A stretch of DNA of 64,000 nucleotides, from positions 1 through 64,000 of the IMG/VR virus record IMGVR_UViG_3300030328_002321; one strand, written 5' to 3'. This DNA is from a virus. The translations under genes and the position numbers were made by a program. A model generated the notes under the pieces. The model saw nothing but the letters and a program-made list of their open reading frames with translations, was not told where the DNA came from and ran no database searches. Position 1 is the first letter of the stretch; each line of letters opens with the position of its first letter. This document shows, in pieces, positions 1 to 9,416 of this stretch.

Positions 1-67
1 GAAAGTTATTTATCTGACCAAGTCCGATAAAAGGTATTAATAATAATAGTAATAATAATTTTCTCAT
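1..67 (-). CDS. Secreted protein, N-terminus only (runs off the window edge)
   Basis: Manual translation from ATG at 67 gives MRKLLLLLLLIPFIGLGQINNF, a Sec signal peptide with Gln at +1, typical of Bacteroidota. Confidence 0.7.
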   Translation of the reverse strand, partial: MRKLLLLLLLIPFIGLGQINNF

Positions 68-68
68 T

Positions 69-587
69 TTATAATCTAATAAATTTTTTGTTTTTTCTGA
101 TATATATAGTATTGTTTTTTAAGTTAGTTATAACTTTACCATTAATATCATATATATTGTTGTCAGTAATTCTTAATGGAACTTCATTTACACTAAGAAC
201 ATTATTCCACTCTACCCATTCAATACCATTGTATACTATCCACTCACATACGTCACGACACTCGTATATTGTTTGCCAATTAGTATCTGTTACATAAGCA
301 CTGTAACATACTTTTACTGTGTCTGTAGTTTGTATTATTGGAAATGATGCCCATGCTCCATTACCAAGAAAGCAAAGTTGAAAATTACAAACTGCCCATG
401 CAACACTTACAGTGTCACAATAATTATCTAAAGAATCTGTTGTCTCAATCATTACACTGAAAACACCATTTGTATTTGGTAATACTGAGTATGATATTGA
501 ATCGCACCAATCAACTTGTGTATAACATTTCTTAGATGTTACACACATTATTAACCCAATTACTAGTATTAAAATAATCTTTTTCAT
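69..587 (-). CDS. Secreted Cys-containing protein with a T9SS-like C-terminal sorting domain
   Basis: N-terminal signal peptide; C-terminus LSVNE...IYDINGKVITNLKNNTIYIRKNKKFIRL resembles type IX secretion CTDs. Confidence 0.6.
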   Translation of the reverse strand: MKKIILILVIGLIMCVTSKKCYTQVDWCDSISYSVLPNTNGVFSVMIETTDSLDNYCDTVSVAWAVCNFQLCFLGNGAWASFPIIQTTDTVKVCYSAYVTDTNWQTIYECRDVCEWIVYNGIEWVEWNNVLSVNEVPLRITDNNIYDINGKVITNLKNNTIYIRKNKKFIRL

Positions 588-724
588 TTAATTCTAAATT
601 TATTATCTACCCAACATTTATAATAATATAAACCCATAAGTAGACTAACAGCTATTGCTCCGTCAATCCAATTAGCTATTTCTTTATATCCATGCTTTTG
701 CCATATATCTGCTAGTGCATCCAT
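584..724 (-). CDS. Small membrane protein, 46 aa (absent from the ORF track)
   Basis: Manual translation MDALADIWQKHGYKEIANWIDGAIAVSLLMGLYYYKCWVDNKFRIK; fills the gap exactly, overlapping the start/stop codons on both sides; one hydrophobic segment. Confidence 0.6.
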   Translation of the reverse strand: MDALADIWQKHGYKEIANWIDGAIAVSLLMGLYYYKCWVDNKFRIK

Positions 725-1053
725 TAAAAATCTGACATTATTTGTTCATTAATGACATTTTGTAATTCCTTTCTAGTAGCAAGCATCTTAAAACTAAGAT
801 CTGCTTGAAACCGTTCAATTTCTTCTCCATCCTTAAAAATAATAATAGTAGGTACTATAACTATTTTATGCTTTTTCTGCAGTTCTAGCTCTTTTGTAAT
901 ATCAACTTTTGATATATCACAATCAGATAATTTTTCTAACCACTCAACTTTATTAGCATCATTCCATTCTGCATTAAATTCTGTTACTACTATTTGTGAT
1001 TTAACACTTAAGGAAATTAAAATAAATATTACTATAGAGATTAATTTTCTCAT
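724..1053 (-). CDS. Exported thioredoxin-fold protein lacking CxxC
   Basis: Signal peptide ending KSQ; VVTEFNAEWN where WCxxC is expected; cis-Pro motif IVPTIIIFKDGEEIERF. Confidence 0.7.
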   Translation of the reverse strand: MRKLISIVIFILISLSVKSQIVVTEFNAEWNDANKVEWLEKLSDCDISKVDITKELELQKKHKIVIVPTIIIFKDGEEIERFQADLSFKMLATRKELQNVINEQIMSDF

Positions 1054-1334
1054 TACCTGTTATAAAGCTTATCCTCTATTTTTTCAAGAGTACCTTTTAT
1101 TTCTTCTACATCCTTTTGTGTAGTTATAATAGTATTACGAATCATCTGATCTTTCATGTCAAACTCCATTCTTGTTACTTCAGGATCTGGTGGTGCTGGA
1201 AGTTCTTTTGCTTCGTCTATATCTGCTTGCAGTGTAAACCACATACCAACTAAGGTAGCTATCAAGAAGGCTACCCCTCCTAATGTTTTTAGGCTTAATT
1301 GTACTGCTGTATCTTCGCTTAGTTCTTTTGCCAT
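1053..1334 (-). CDS. Single-pass membrane protein with a coiled-coil tail (holin/spanin-like candidate)
   Basis: TM segment LGGVAFLIATLVGMWFTL, Pro-rich linker, C-terminal heptads. Confidence 0.45.
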   Translation of the reverse strand: MAKELSEDTAVQLSLKTLGGVAFLIATLVGMWFTLQADIDEAKELPAPPDPEVTRMEFDMKDQMIRNTIITTQKDVEEIKGTLEKIEDKLYNR

Positions 1335-1546
1335 TATATTTCAAATCCTAAATTTAACACCATTAATCTAAATCTTTTTGCTGTACAATCATCATCACAA
1401 AATAAACAAGCTTTAAATTCTAAAACTGTAAATGTACCTAGTCTAAAATTAAACTCATATTTTTGCTTTTTATTTCCGGCAGCATAACCGTTTATCCAAT
1501 TTATCATATTATTTATTTTTTTTACCACCCCAGTATTCAACGGCAA
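1334..1546 (-). CDS. Hypothetical protein (true start probably near 1508)
   Basis: ORF in the tightly packed late operon; internal MINWING start lies next to the upstream stop. Confidence 0.5.
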   Translation of the reverse strand: MPLNTGVVKKINNMINWINGYAAGNKKQKYEFNFRLGTFTVLEFKACLFCDDDCTAKRFRLMVLNLGFEI

Positions 1547-1853
1547 AGCCTTCTTCTACTAAAGTGTCGTTAATATTAACATCATCTACTAATAAAGTAC
1601 CAAGTACTCTACCATATTTACCTACCTCTTTACTTTCTAATACAAAGTCTCCATCTCCTAGTAATTCTACTAGTTTATCTTTTGAAGCTAAACCTCTAGC
1701 TTTTTCTTCTAAATCTCTAGTTCTAGATTCTGGTGTATCTATACCTGCAAGTCTTATTCTTTTGTGTATAGTAATATCAAATCCTAAATCTATATGAGCA
1801 TCAATTGTATCTCCATCTACTACTCTGTCTAATTTTGCTTTGTATGTATACAT
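1509..1853 (-). CDS. Thermonuclease (SNase-like) family nuclease
   Basis: RVVDGDT, RIRLAGIDTPE, GKYGRVLG and INDTLVEEGFA motifs. Confidence 0.9.
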   Translation of the reverse strand: MYTYKAKLDRVVDGDTIDAHIDLGFDITIHKRIRLAGIDTPESRTRDLEEKARGLASKDKLVELLGDGDFVLESKEVGKYGRVLGTLLVDDVNINDTLVEEGFAVEYWGGKKNK

Positions 1854-2911
1854 TAGAATATTATATAGTTTATACCAAATTTAAAATCATACCATTCTCT
1901 ATTCCAATACTTATTATATTTTCCTTCTATAAAAGTACCTAAACTTTTATTATACTTATATCCAAATATTAAACCACCGCTATAATCTAACCATTGACCA
2001 TCATTATATGCATGATAAGAAAACTCTCCTTTATCATCATAATGGTATGGCATTAGATTAGCCCATGTATGTGCCCAAAAATTCTTTTTATAATAATAGT
2101 AATCAAATCCTAATACTATAGAATGTTGTATAGTATTTTCTAACTGATTTCTTTTTCTTTCTGAATAGTCATATAATACTTGTGGTATTACTACAGCTTC
2201 CCAGACATCTTTACTTGTTGCAACAACATTACCAGCTGGATCTTTATATTCACTATTATATACATCAATAGTATATCCTTCTTGGATAGCTAAATACGTG
2301 TAATGTAAATTACCATTACTTAACATCCATTCTTCTAAAGGATCATATCCATAAGGTTCAGATAATCTTTGCACAAGTCCAGCATTAAAAGATAATTTAT
2401 TGTTTACTTTATATCTATATCTTTCCGATGTTTCAAAGTATTTAATATCTGCAAAACCATCTTCTAAATATTCACCTTTTAATATATACTTGTCATCAAC
2501 AAACCTTATAAAGTGATGCTGATCTAAATAATCTATACCTTGTTGTCTTTTATAATTAACTTCAAATAAAAATTCTAAACCACTTACTTTACCAATATTA
2601 GCTCCATCTGACCAACTTGTTTCTGTACCATCATAAAACGTATTTGCTCTATTTTCATATCCAAATCTTGCTATTTTTCTAACTCCTAAAGATAAATTAT
2701 AATCATAAGGAGTTTCTATAATATTTTGTTCTAATATTCCTGTATTAACAGAGAATACATCTTCATTTGATAAAGATGTACCTCCGTTTACAGATGCATA
2801 AAACGTAGAAAATTTAAACGTTTTTTTAAGATCTAATTGCCCGCAACACTTTTTAGGTGCAACACAAGAAGTTATTATAATAACTATTAATAATGTAAGT
2901 AATTTTTTCAA
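1853..2911 (-). CDS. Putative outer-membrane beta-barrel protein
   Basis: Signal peptide or lipobox (ITSC); aromatic-rich alternating strands; C-terminal FKFGINYIIF beta-signal ending in Phe. Confidence 0.55.
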   Translation of the reverse strand: MKKLLTLLIVIIITSCVAPKKCCGQLDLKKTFKFSTFYASVNGGTSLSNEDVFSVNTGILEQNIIETPYDYNLSLGVRKIARFGYENRANTFYDGTETSWSDGANIGKVSGLEFLFEVNYKRQQGIDYLDQHHFIRFVDDKYILKGEYLEDGFADIKYFETSERYRYKVNNKLSFNAGLVQRLSEPYGYDPLEEWMLSNGNLHYTYLAIQEGYTIDVYNSEYKDPAGNVVATSKDVWEAVVIPQVLYDYSERKRNQLENTIQHSIVLGFDYYYYKKNFWAHTWANLMPYHYDDKGEFSYHAYNDGQWLDYSGGLIFGYKYNKSLGTFIEGKYNKYWNREWYDFKFGINYIIF

Positions 2912-2912
2912 T

Positions 2913-3326
2913 TTATATATTAAGTATTGTTAATCCTATTATTTGTTTAGCATTAATAGTTTCAGGATACATATCTTCTGTTATTGGTTCTACTTCTAGT
3001 TCAATCTCTTCTGCTAATAACAAATTAACATTGTCGATTTGTTCTTGTCTACTAGTAATAACATCTTTGTATTCTTTTTCTAATTTTTTTAATGCTGCTA
3101 CAGATTTTTTATCTGTTTTGTTTTCGTATGCTTTTGCTTTTTCAGCTAACTCTCTAAACTCTGGAGTAGGCATTAATACGCCTTCTAAGTCAGCTAACTT
3201 TTCTCTAAGAATAGCTACATTTTTAGCTACTGCTATTGCAAAAGTTTTACTTGGTACTTCTGTTAAAGTTGGTAAATGATTTGATAAATTTACCCACTCT
3301 CCTTTTTTTGCTTTAATTTTTTTCAT
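2913..3326 (-). CDS. Hypothetical helical protein (possible fibre chaperone)
   Basis: Charged helical protein directly downstream of the fibre gene. Confidence 0.4.
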   Translation of the reverse strand: MKKIKAKKGEWVNLSNHLPTLTEVPSKTFAIAVAKNVAILREKLADLEGVLMPTPEFRELAEKAKAYENKTDKKSVAALKKLEKEYKDVITSRQEQIDNVNLLLAEEIELEVEPITEDMYPETINAKQIIGLTILNI

Positions 3327-3352
3327 CGTCTATTATGATTTTAGTTAATAAA

Positions 3353-4798
3353 TTAATTGATCACTAAAAAGTGAATTTTGCTGGCTGTTGTTGATGTTGA
3401 TCCAGTAGCCGCTGGATTGTGTAATGATATTATAAAACTACCGCTTGCTATTGTATGCGTAGCTGCCGTTAACTGTGCATTATCAGTTGTATTTTCATCT
3501 TGCACTGTTAATAGAATAATTGAATTAGCAGTTACTGTACTATTAGTTACGGTAAATTCTGCATTAGTTGCTGCTGCTAAAGCTACAGCTGCTAATGTTA
3601 TTCTACCAGAAGTTGCATTAATTGTAACTCCTGATGTATGATTTGTTCCTTGTGTAACTGTTCCTGTGCCTGTATGTACAAGACCTTTAGCTGCTTGAGT
3701 AATAACTAAATTACCTGTATCAACTGTTACGTTTTGTCCTTCTGATTGAACAGTTAATCCGGCAGTAGCTGTACTTCCTGTATAAGTTTTTAATTGTACT
3801 GTACCATCAGTACTTCCAGAAGTATCTCTACCTCCTGTAAGAACTACATTACCTCCTGCTCCGTTTCCTGATGCTGTACCTCCTGTTAAATTTAAATGTC
3901 CAGCAGCCGCTCCTGCACTGCCTCCTCCTTCGATAGTTACTGATTGTCCAGCTGTACTAGAAGTTGTAGCTGTTGGTTTTATTGTAGGAGCATCTGTATT
4001 TGTAAATCTAATTCCTCCTTTTATATTTAAACTATCAGCAAATGCTGCTGTAGGAGTAGATTGTCCTATAAATACTTTACCATCATTATCTACTGTTAAT
4101 CCTTCTGCTGTTCCGTCTCCAGATATAAATGCTGTTCCTCCAACTAAATCTACATTATAAGTAGCATTGTCAGCAGCATTACGCATATCTATATTAGATT
4201 CTGCATTAGATATTGAAGCTGCTAAAGTAATTGATCCTGCACCATTAGTAATTGTCATTCCTGCTCCTGCAGTAAGTGTAGCTACTGATGGGTATCCATT
4301 AGTTGCATTACCAATAAGTAATTGTCCGTTTGTAGACATTGCTGCAGTAGCTGCTATTGTATCAGTAGCACTTGCATAAAGCATTGCGCCTTTAGCAATT
4401 GTAGATAAACCAGTACCTCCATTTGTTACTCCACATTCTCCTGTTACTGTTCCTGTAAAATCTACAGATGTTAAAAATCCTGATGTTGCATTATTACATA
4501 AACTTAAATCTATTCCAGCTTCTAATACTGTTAAAACTAAGTTGCTTGAAGATGTTTCTACAGTTAATAAACCTGTATCACCACTTTTTATTCCTTTAAA
4601 GGCTATTTGATTTTTATTTGTAAGTGTTGCACTATTATATAGTGTTTCACTACTAGATCCCGCTGTAGAAACAGAAGGAAATAAACTTTCTAATGTTATT
4701 TTTTTTGACTGTCCTGAAGCACTATTTGAAACAAGTAAAAAATCTGTACTTGCTGCGCTAGTTTTAGCTAAAGTTGTTAAGTCTGTTACCTTTGCCAT
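3353..4798 (-). CDS. Tail fibre / spike protein
   Basis: Gly/Thr/Ala-rich; GGTGL and TLTAGAGMTITNGAGSITLA fibre motifs; N-terminal KVTDLTTL...DFLLV anchor. Confidence 0.75.
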   Translation of the reverse strand: MAKVTDLTTLAKTSAASTDFLLVSNSASGQSKKITLESLFPSVSTAGSSSETLYNSATLTNKNQIAFKGIKSGDTGLLTVETSSSNLVLTVLEAGIDLSLCNNATSGFLTSVDFTGTVTGECGVTNGGTGLSTIAKGAMLYASATDTIAATAAMSTNGQLLIGNATNGYPSVATLTAGAGMTITNGAGSITLAASISNAESNIDMRNAADNATYNVDLVGGTAFISGDGTAEGLTVDNDGKVFIGQSTPTAAFADSLNIKGGIRFTNTDAPTIKPTATTSSTAGQSVTIEGGGSAGAAAGHLNLTGGTASGNGAGGNVVLTGGRDTSGSTDGTVQLKTYTGSTATAGLTVQSEGQNVTVDTGNLVITQAAKGLVHTGTGTVTQGTNHTSGVTINATSGRITLAAVALAAATNAEFTVTNSTVTANSIILLTVQDENTTDNAQLTAATHTIASGSFIISLHNPAATGSTSTTASKIHFLVIN

Positions 4799-4821
4799 AT
4801 TATATTTTTTTTTATTTTATT

Positions 4822-7800
4822 TTATATTTCTAGTCCGCTAATTCCGTCTATCTGTATTCCTCCTCTTCGAACGCTATTTTGATTTTGACTTCTCGGAGAT
4901 TGGATTACATTTTCATCTACAATATTACAATCTACACAAAACTTAGTTACAAATGTATTAAATTTATCTAAATAATTAATATTATTATTAAATGAAGTTA
5001 TTTGAGCTTGCGGCACACACTGCGCCCAATGTCCAGAATTTTGCCCTACAGATGTTTCTGGATTATAACATCCATTTGTACATGATACTCCAGATACAAC
5101 TTCATAAACTAAACCACTTGGCATTTTTATAACATCTCCTACATATAAAGTAGTTGCTTGTACAAAAAATAAAGTTGGGTTTGTTACTGTAGTTCCTTGT
5201 CCAGTTGTTATACTTGAACCTGCGTATGCAACATCATTAAGTCCTGTTGCAGGTCCTCCAGTTACCCATTTAGAACTACAACTAGTAAGTGAGCTTAATG
5301 ATGGTGATGCACTGTCTGCACAATTATAAATACAACTATTTCCTCTTTTACTTACAATATATTCTATTAATATTACTTTCCAAGCATTCATTACAGAACA
5401 ATCATCTGCTTGACCTGTAACTAATTTATTATAATATTGAAAACCATTTTTAGCTACACATGCTCTTAATAATTCTATTAAATCATTTGTATAAGCAGGA
5501 ATACAAGGATTTACTAATGGTGGGTATACACATGAACCATCATCTGTAGACGCATTAGGATTATAATTTGTAGCATTTGGATCTGTACATCCTGCATATA
5601 AACAAGATCCATCATCTGTTACTGCTGTAGGATCGTAGTTAGATGCATTAGGATCTGTACAACCACATTGTGCTACATTAGTTCCTATTGAAAAACTTAC
5701 TGTTTCTTCACATCCATAGTTATCTGTAATTGTAAAATAATAAACTCCAGCAGCAAATTGACTATATGTATATGTATTATAGTGACTTGGAGAAGTTGCA
5801 TTACTATGAACTGTTGGATCTGCATATACTAACACTCCTGCATTAGTATAATATGAAATAGTTTTACTTTGACCTGACATTACTCCTTGGTGGAAAAATG
5901 TTGTAACTGTTATACTTCCATCAGAATTTGATCCTCCACAGTTACCAGTAGCATCTGTAACAACAAAAGTACTTGGATTTCCTTGATTTTGTTGACTACA
6001 TGGATAAAAACAACATCCATCATCTACAGTTGCTATCACAGTTTGATTATTACAATTTTTATTAAAGTTATATGCAGATGTATCTGTACACCCTAAAACT
6101 CCATATAAACATGAACCATCATCAGTGTTAGCTGTAGGGTCATAATTTAAAGCTACTGGGTCTGTACATCCATATATAGGATAAATACATGGATAAGCTG
6201 AATTAGTACAAGTTGCGCTTGAATCATAATTAAGTGCAGTAGGATCCATACACCCGTATATACAATATGTACATGAGCCGTCATCACATGATGCGCCAGC
6301 ATAATAATTAGTTGCGGTTGGATCAGTACAACCATATATAGGACTTGTTATCGTAAATACACTACTAGTTTTTACACAATTTGATGCATTTGTATACGTA
6401 GATGTTAATGTTACTCTGTAATTTCCATCATAAAGAAAACTATTTGAATTAATAGTAGTTCCTTGATTATAAATATGAGTATGAGTAGTTGAGGTTGGTG
6501 TATGAGTATTTGTATTTATTACTGTCCAGACACCATTTTGATCTGCCCATTCTAAATCCCAACTTATACTACTAGGAACTGGATCACAATAAAAATCTGC
6601 TTGGATTTGATTAATAGTACATAATCCTGCATTTGGATTTGTTAATACAGGCACATTACAACAAAAATTGTTTATTACTTGACAAAGATTTGGATTTGAA
6701 TGCCATAATCTTGGATCATTAATAATTTGTGTTCCTGGAGGATTGCTTGTATTTGTAATTGCTGTAGCAAAAGCACCGCTTGGATCTTCACATACTTCAA
6801 TTGGTATTATAAAGTAAAATACTTGAAAACACTCTTCTATTTCTACTGCTGCATCTGGATCACTAACTGCTACCTGTAAAGCAAAATATCCATAATTTAT
6901 ATTTGCCCCTAAAGTAGTTGTATTATAAGTATACGCCCAACCCATATTACCATTATTATGAGCAGCAGCTTGAGCACTAAAGTTTGTTAAATCGTTAGGA
7001 GTTGAACTTGCTTGAGCATTATCCCAATCAACCATACTATTAGCTTTCCAAAGTCTTAATGTATAATCTACATTAATTACTCCCTGTGCATTAACAATAT
7101 TATTTATATAATTTTGAAAATTTGAAGTTGCAGTTAAATTTTGTATTAGTACAGAACCATCATTAGAATTTGTTCTTTGTGTAGGTGTTGCAATAAATGA
7201 ATTTGTTCCAGACTGTGCAATTTCTCCAGCTAAAGGAATAAGATTACCATTAGTATCTATTAATGTTCCATTAGAAGCATGACAATATTGACATGAACCA
7301 TTGTCTACTACTGCATTTGAATTATAATTTAAAGCTACACCAAAATTTGTACCTGCATTATTATCTGTACATCCTATAACTCCTACACCATCAGCAACAC
7401 AAACATCTATAGAGTCAAAACAAGGTGTTGTTGTACCTGATGCATTTACACTCGAATCATATACATAAATTCTATAACATCCTGCTATTAAACCTGTAGT
7501 AAATGTTCCATTATCAGTACTTGCTGGTACTAGATTATTTACATTACCACTAACTGTTACATTTAAAGCAGTACTACCAGCAAATGCTGAATTACCAGGA
7601 TTAAATACAGATACATCTTGAGCTAATTGAATTCCAAATCCATATGTAAAAGTACCACCATTACCCGGAACACCACCAACAGGGTGACCACTTGATCCTA
7701 CAACTACTGGGGTACTTACCGATCCTGTACCTAATCCTCCAATATTTTGCCCATTTAAGGCTTCCATAACATATGTGTAGTTTGCAGCCCCTGTAAGATT

Positions 7801-9405
7801 TCCATTACCGTCCATAACAGTAACCTGTATTGCTCCATCACTTCCTCCTTGTGTACTACAATCAGTGACAAAATCTAAACTTAATTGTAAATTGTTACAA
7901 TCTGTACAACATGGTCCAGGAATCCATTGTGCTAATTGGGGATTGCTAATATAATTAACTCCTCCTTGATTTGTTAAATCATTACTATCACAATCTACAG
8001 TTGTGTATCCATAATAATCAGAAGCATTTGGATCCATACAAGCTTCCCATGCTACAGGAGGTGGCGGTGCTGCAGTACAATTAGGAAGGTTATCTGCATA
8101 TATATGTACATTACTAAACCTAAATATTTGTCCTCCTCCTTGATAAGGATTAAGAGCTTGAATAGGGCTTATATATGGAAAAACTGATATATTGTTTGCT
8201 ACATAATCATAAGAATTTCCTTGTATATTTTTATTTAACCATGCTACTGGAGGATCGTTTCCAATTGTACTACCATTTTCAAAGTTTCCTATAATTCCTT
8301 TATAATATTGTTCTCCTGAATAATTATCTATAGGTTGTCCTGAATTTCCAAATAGAAAAGGTAAGTCATTTGTATCATAACTAAAATCGTAATATCTATT
8401 ATTATTCCATGTAGTATTATATACATAATCATTAGGTAAAGGCGATGATCCATTAGCAATTACTTCTTTAAAAAATCCTGTATAAGCATGCGTGTTATGA
8501 GAATTTCCATTATAGGTTACATAGTTTTCAGAAAGAGATGTAAATGGAGGAGAACTAGCTTGTACTCTATCTCCATGACAAGCATCTGCTCTAGTACCAA
8601 CAGGACTATAAGTGCTATGATTAGCATATCCCATTTCTAAATATGCAGCTCCTGGAAGTAATACCTCAAAAGTTTTATTATCACCACTTAACCATGTAAC
8701 TCTTATTTTACGATAAAATGCAAATTCTGGTAAAGCTCCTATATTATTTTCATACTCAATATAAAATTGAGCTGTATCAGGGTTAGTAGAAATTTTATTA
8801 ACAGTTCCAAAAGAAGGAGATAAAATTGCTACTTGAAAACCATCATCATAAATATTTCCTAGCGGTGCGTTAAAATAAGTTTGTTGACTAAAAGTAGTTC
8901 CTTGAGGATCTGTATAATAAGGAGCTCCTAATCCTGGTTCTGTAACATCTTCTAATGCTACTACTGCGTCGTAAGCATTATTTGCTATAAGTCCACCTGA
9001 ATTAAAATCTTCGTCAAGTACATATTTATTAACGTAAACTCGTATAAAAGCAGCATTTTGACTAACATTCATATGTGGGCCTGCCCATAAATGTATGTGT
9101 TTAGGTGAACCTAATGGTGGAGGACTTCCAAATGTTTGACTTTTCCTCCCCATAGTAGTTTGATTAGGGGGTCCTGAATAAGGTTTTACTCTTAAATATT
9201 TTCCTCCAGTTCCTTGTACTGCTTCAGGTTGTCTAGTATCTTGATAAGTAGGTTGTTGATTATCTGTTGTTCCACTACTACTGCTATCACCACCAACAGC
9301 TTGTCCTGTTTTAGTATCTGAAGATTCTTCTGCTGATTCTCCACCTTGTCCTCCTCCTTCTCCTTCAGGTTCAGCATAGTAAAATATTGGAAATTGTCTA
9401 AACAT
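4822..9405 (-). CDS. Large Cys-rich virion adhesin/fibre-like protein with GCTDP repeats and SprB-like domains
   Basis: 1527 aa; about 8 GCTDPxAxNYxxxAxxDDGSC repeats; DGxIxVT...AGxYxxxxxDxxGC segments. Confidence 0.65.
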   Translation of the reverse strand: MFRQFPIFYYAEPEGEGGGQGGESAEESSDTKTGQAVGGDSSSSGTTDNQQPTYQDTRQPEAVQGTGGKYLRVKPYSGPPNQTTMGRKSQTFGSPPPLGSPKHIHLWAGPHMNVSQNAAFIRVYVNKYVLDEDFNSGGLIANNAYDAVVALEDVTEPGLGAPYYTDPQGTTFSQQTYFNAPLGNIYDDGFQVAILSPSFGTVNKISTNPDTAQFYIEYENNIGALPEFAFYRKIRVTWLSGDNKTFEVLLPGAAYLEMGYANHSTYSPVGTRADACHGDRVQASSPPFTSLSENYVTYNGNSHNTHAYTGFFKEVIANGSSPLPNDYVYNTTWNNNRYYDFSYDTNDLPFLFGNSGQPIDNYSGEQYYKGIIGNFENGSTIGNDPPVAWLNKNIQGNSYDYVANNISVFPYISPIQALNPYQGGGQIFRFSNVHIYADNLPNCTAAPPPPVAWEACMDPNASDYYGYTTVDCDSNDLTNQGGVNYISNPQLAQWIPGPCCTDCNNLQLSLDFVTDCSTQGGSDGAIQVTVMDGNGNLTGAANYTYVMEALNGQNIGGLGTGSVSTPVVVGSSGHPVGGVPGNGGTFTYGFGIQLAQDVSVFNPGNSAFAGSTALNVTVSGNVNNLVPASTDNGTFTTGLIAGCYRIYVYDSSVNASGTTTPCFDSIDVCVADGVGVIGCTDNNAGTNFGVALNYNSNAVVDNGSCQYCHASNGTLIDTNGNLIPLAGEIAQSGTNSFIATPTQRTNSNDGSVLIQNLTATSNFQNYINNIVNAQGVINVDYTLRLWKANSMVDWDNAQASSTPNDLTNFSAQAAAHNNGNMGWAYTYNTTTLGANINYGYFALQVAVSDPDAAVEIEECFQVFYFIIPIEVCEDPSGAFATAITNTSNPPGTQIINDPRLWHSNPNLCQVINNFCCNVPVLTNPNAGLCTINQIQADFYCDPVPSSISWDLEWADQNGVWTVINTNTHTPTSTTHTHIYNQGTTINSNSFLYDGNYRVTLTSTYTNASNCVKTSSVFTITSPIYGCTDPTATNYYAGASCDDGSCTYCIYGCMDPTALNYDSSATCTNSAYPCIYPIYGCTDPVALNYDPTANTDDGSCLYGVLGCTDTSAYNFNKNCNNQTVIATVDDGCCFYPCSQQNQGNPSTFVVTDATGNCGGSNSDGSITVTTFFHQGVMSGQSKTISYYTNAGVLVYADPTVHSNATSPSHYNTYTYSQFAAGVYYFTITDNYGCEETVSFSIGTNVAQCGCTDPNASNYDPTAVTDDGSCLYAGCTDPNATNYNPNASTDDGSCVYPPLVNPCIPAYTNDLIELLRACVAKNGFQYYNKLVTGQADDCSVMNAWKVILIEYIVSKRGNSCIYNCADSASPSLSSLTSCSSKWVTGGPATGLNDVAYAGSSITTGQGTTVTNPTLFFVQATTLYVGDVIKMPSGLVYEVVSGVSCTNGCYNPETSVGQNSGHWAQCVPQAQITSFNNNINYLDKFNTFVTKFCVDCNIVDENVIQSPRSQNQNSVRRGGIQIDGISGLEI
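5530..8045 (-). repeat. Intragenic GC(T/M)DPxAxNY...DDGSC peptide repeats (about 8 copies)
   Basis: Recurrent plus-strand ggatc(t/c)(g/a)taca(t/a)cc-like and catgaaccatc-like segments near 5530-5665, 6080-6335, 7270-7375 and 8030. Confidence 0.85.
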
Positions 9406-9416
9406 AGTTTATGTAT

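Noticed and set aside
4822-9405. Diversity-generating retroelement acting on fibre genes
   Set aside because: No reverse transcriptase is in the window, and the repeats are degenerate peptide repeats rather than an adenine-specific TR/VR pair
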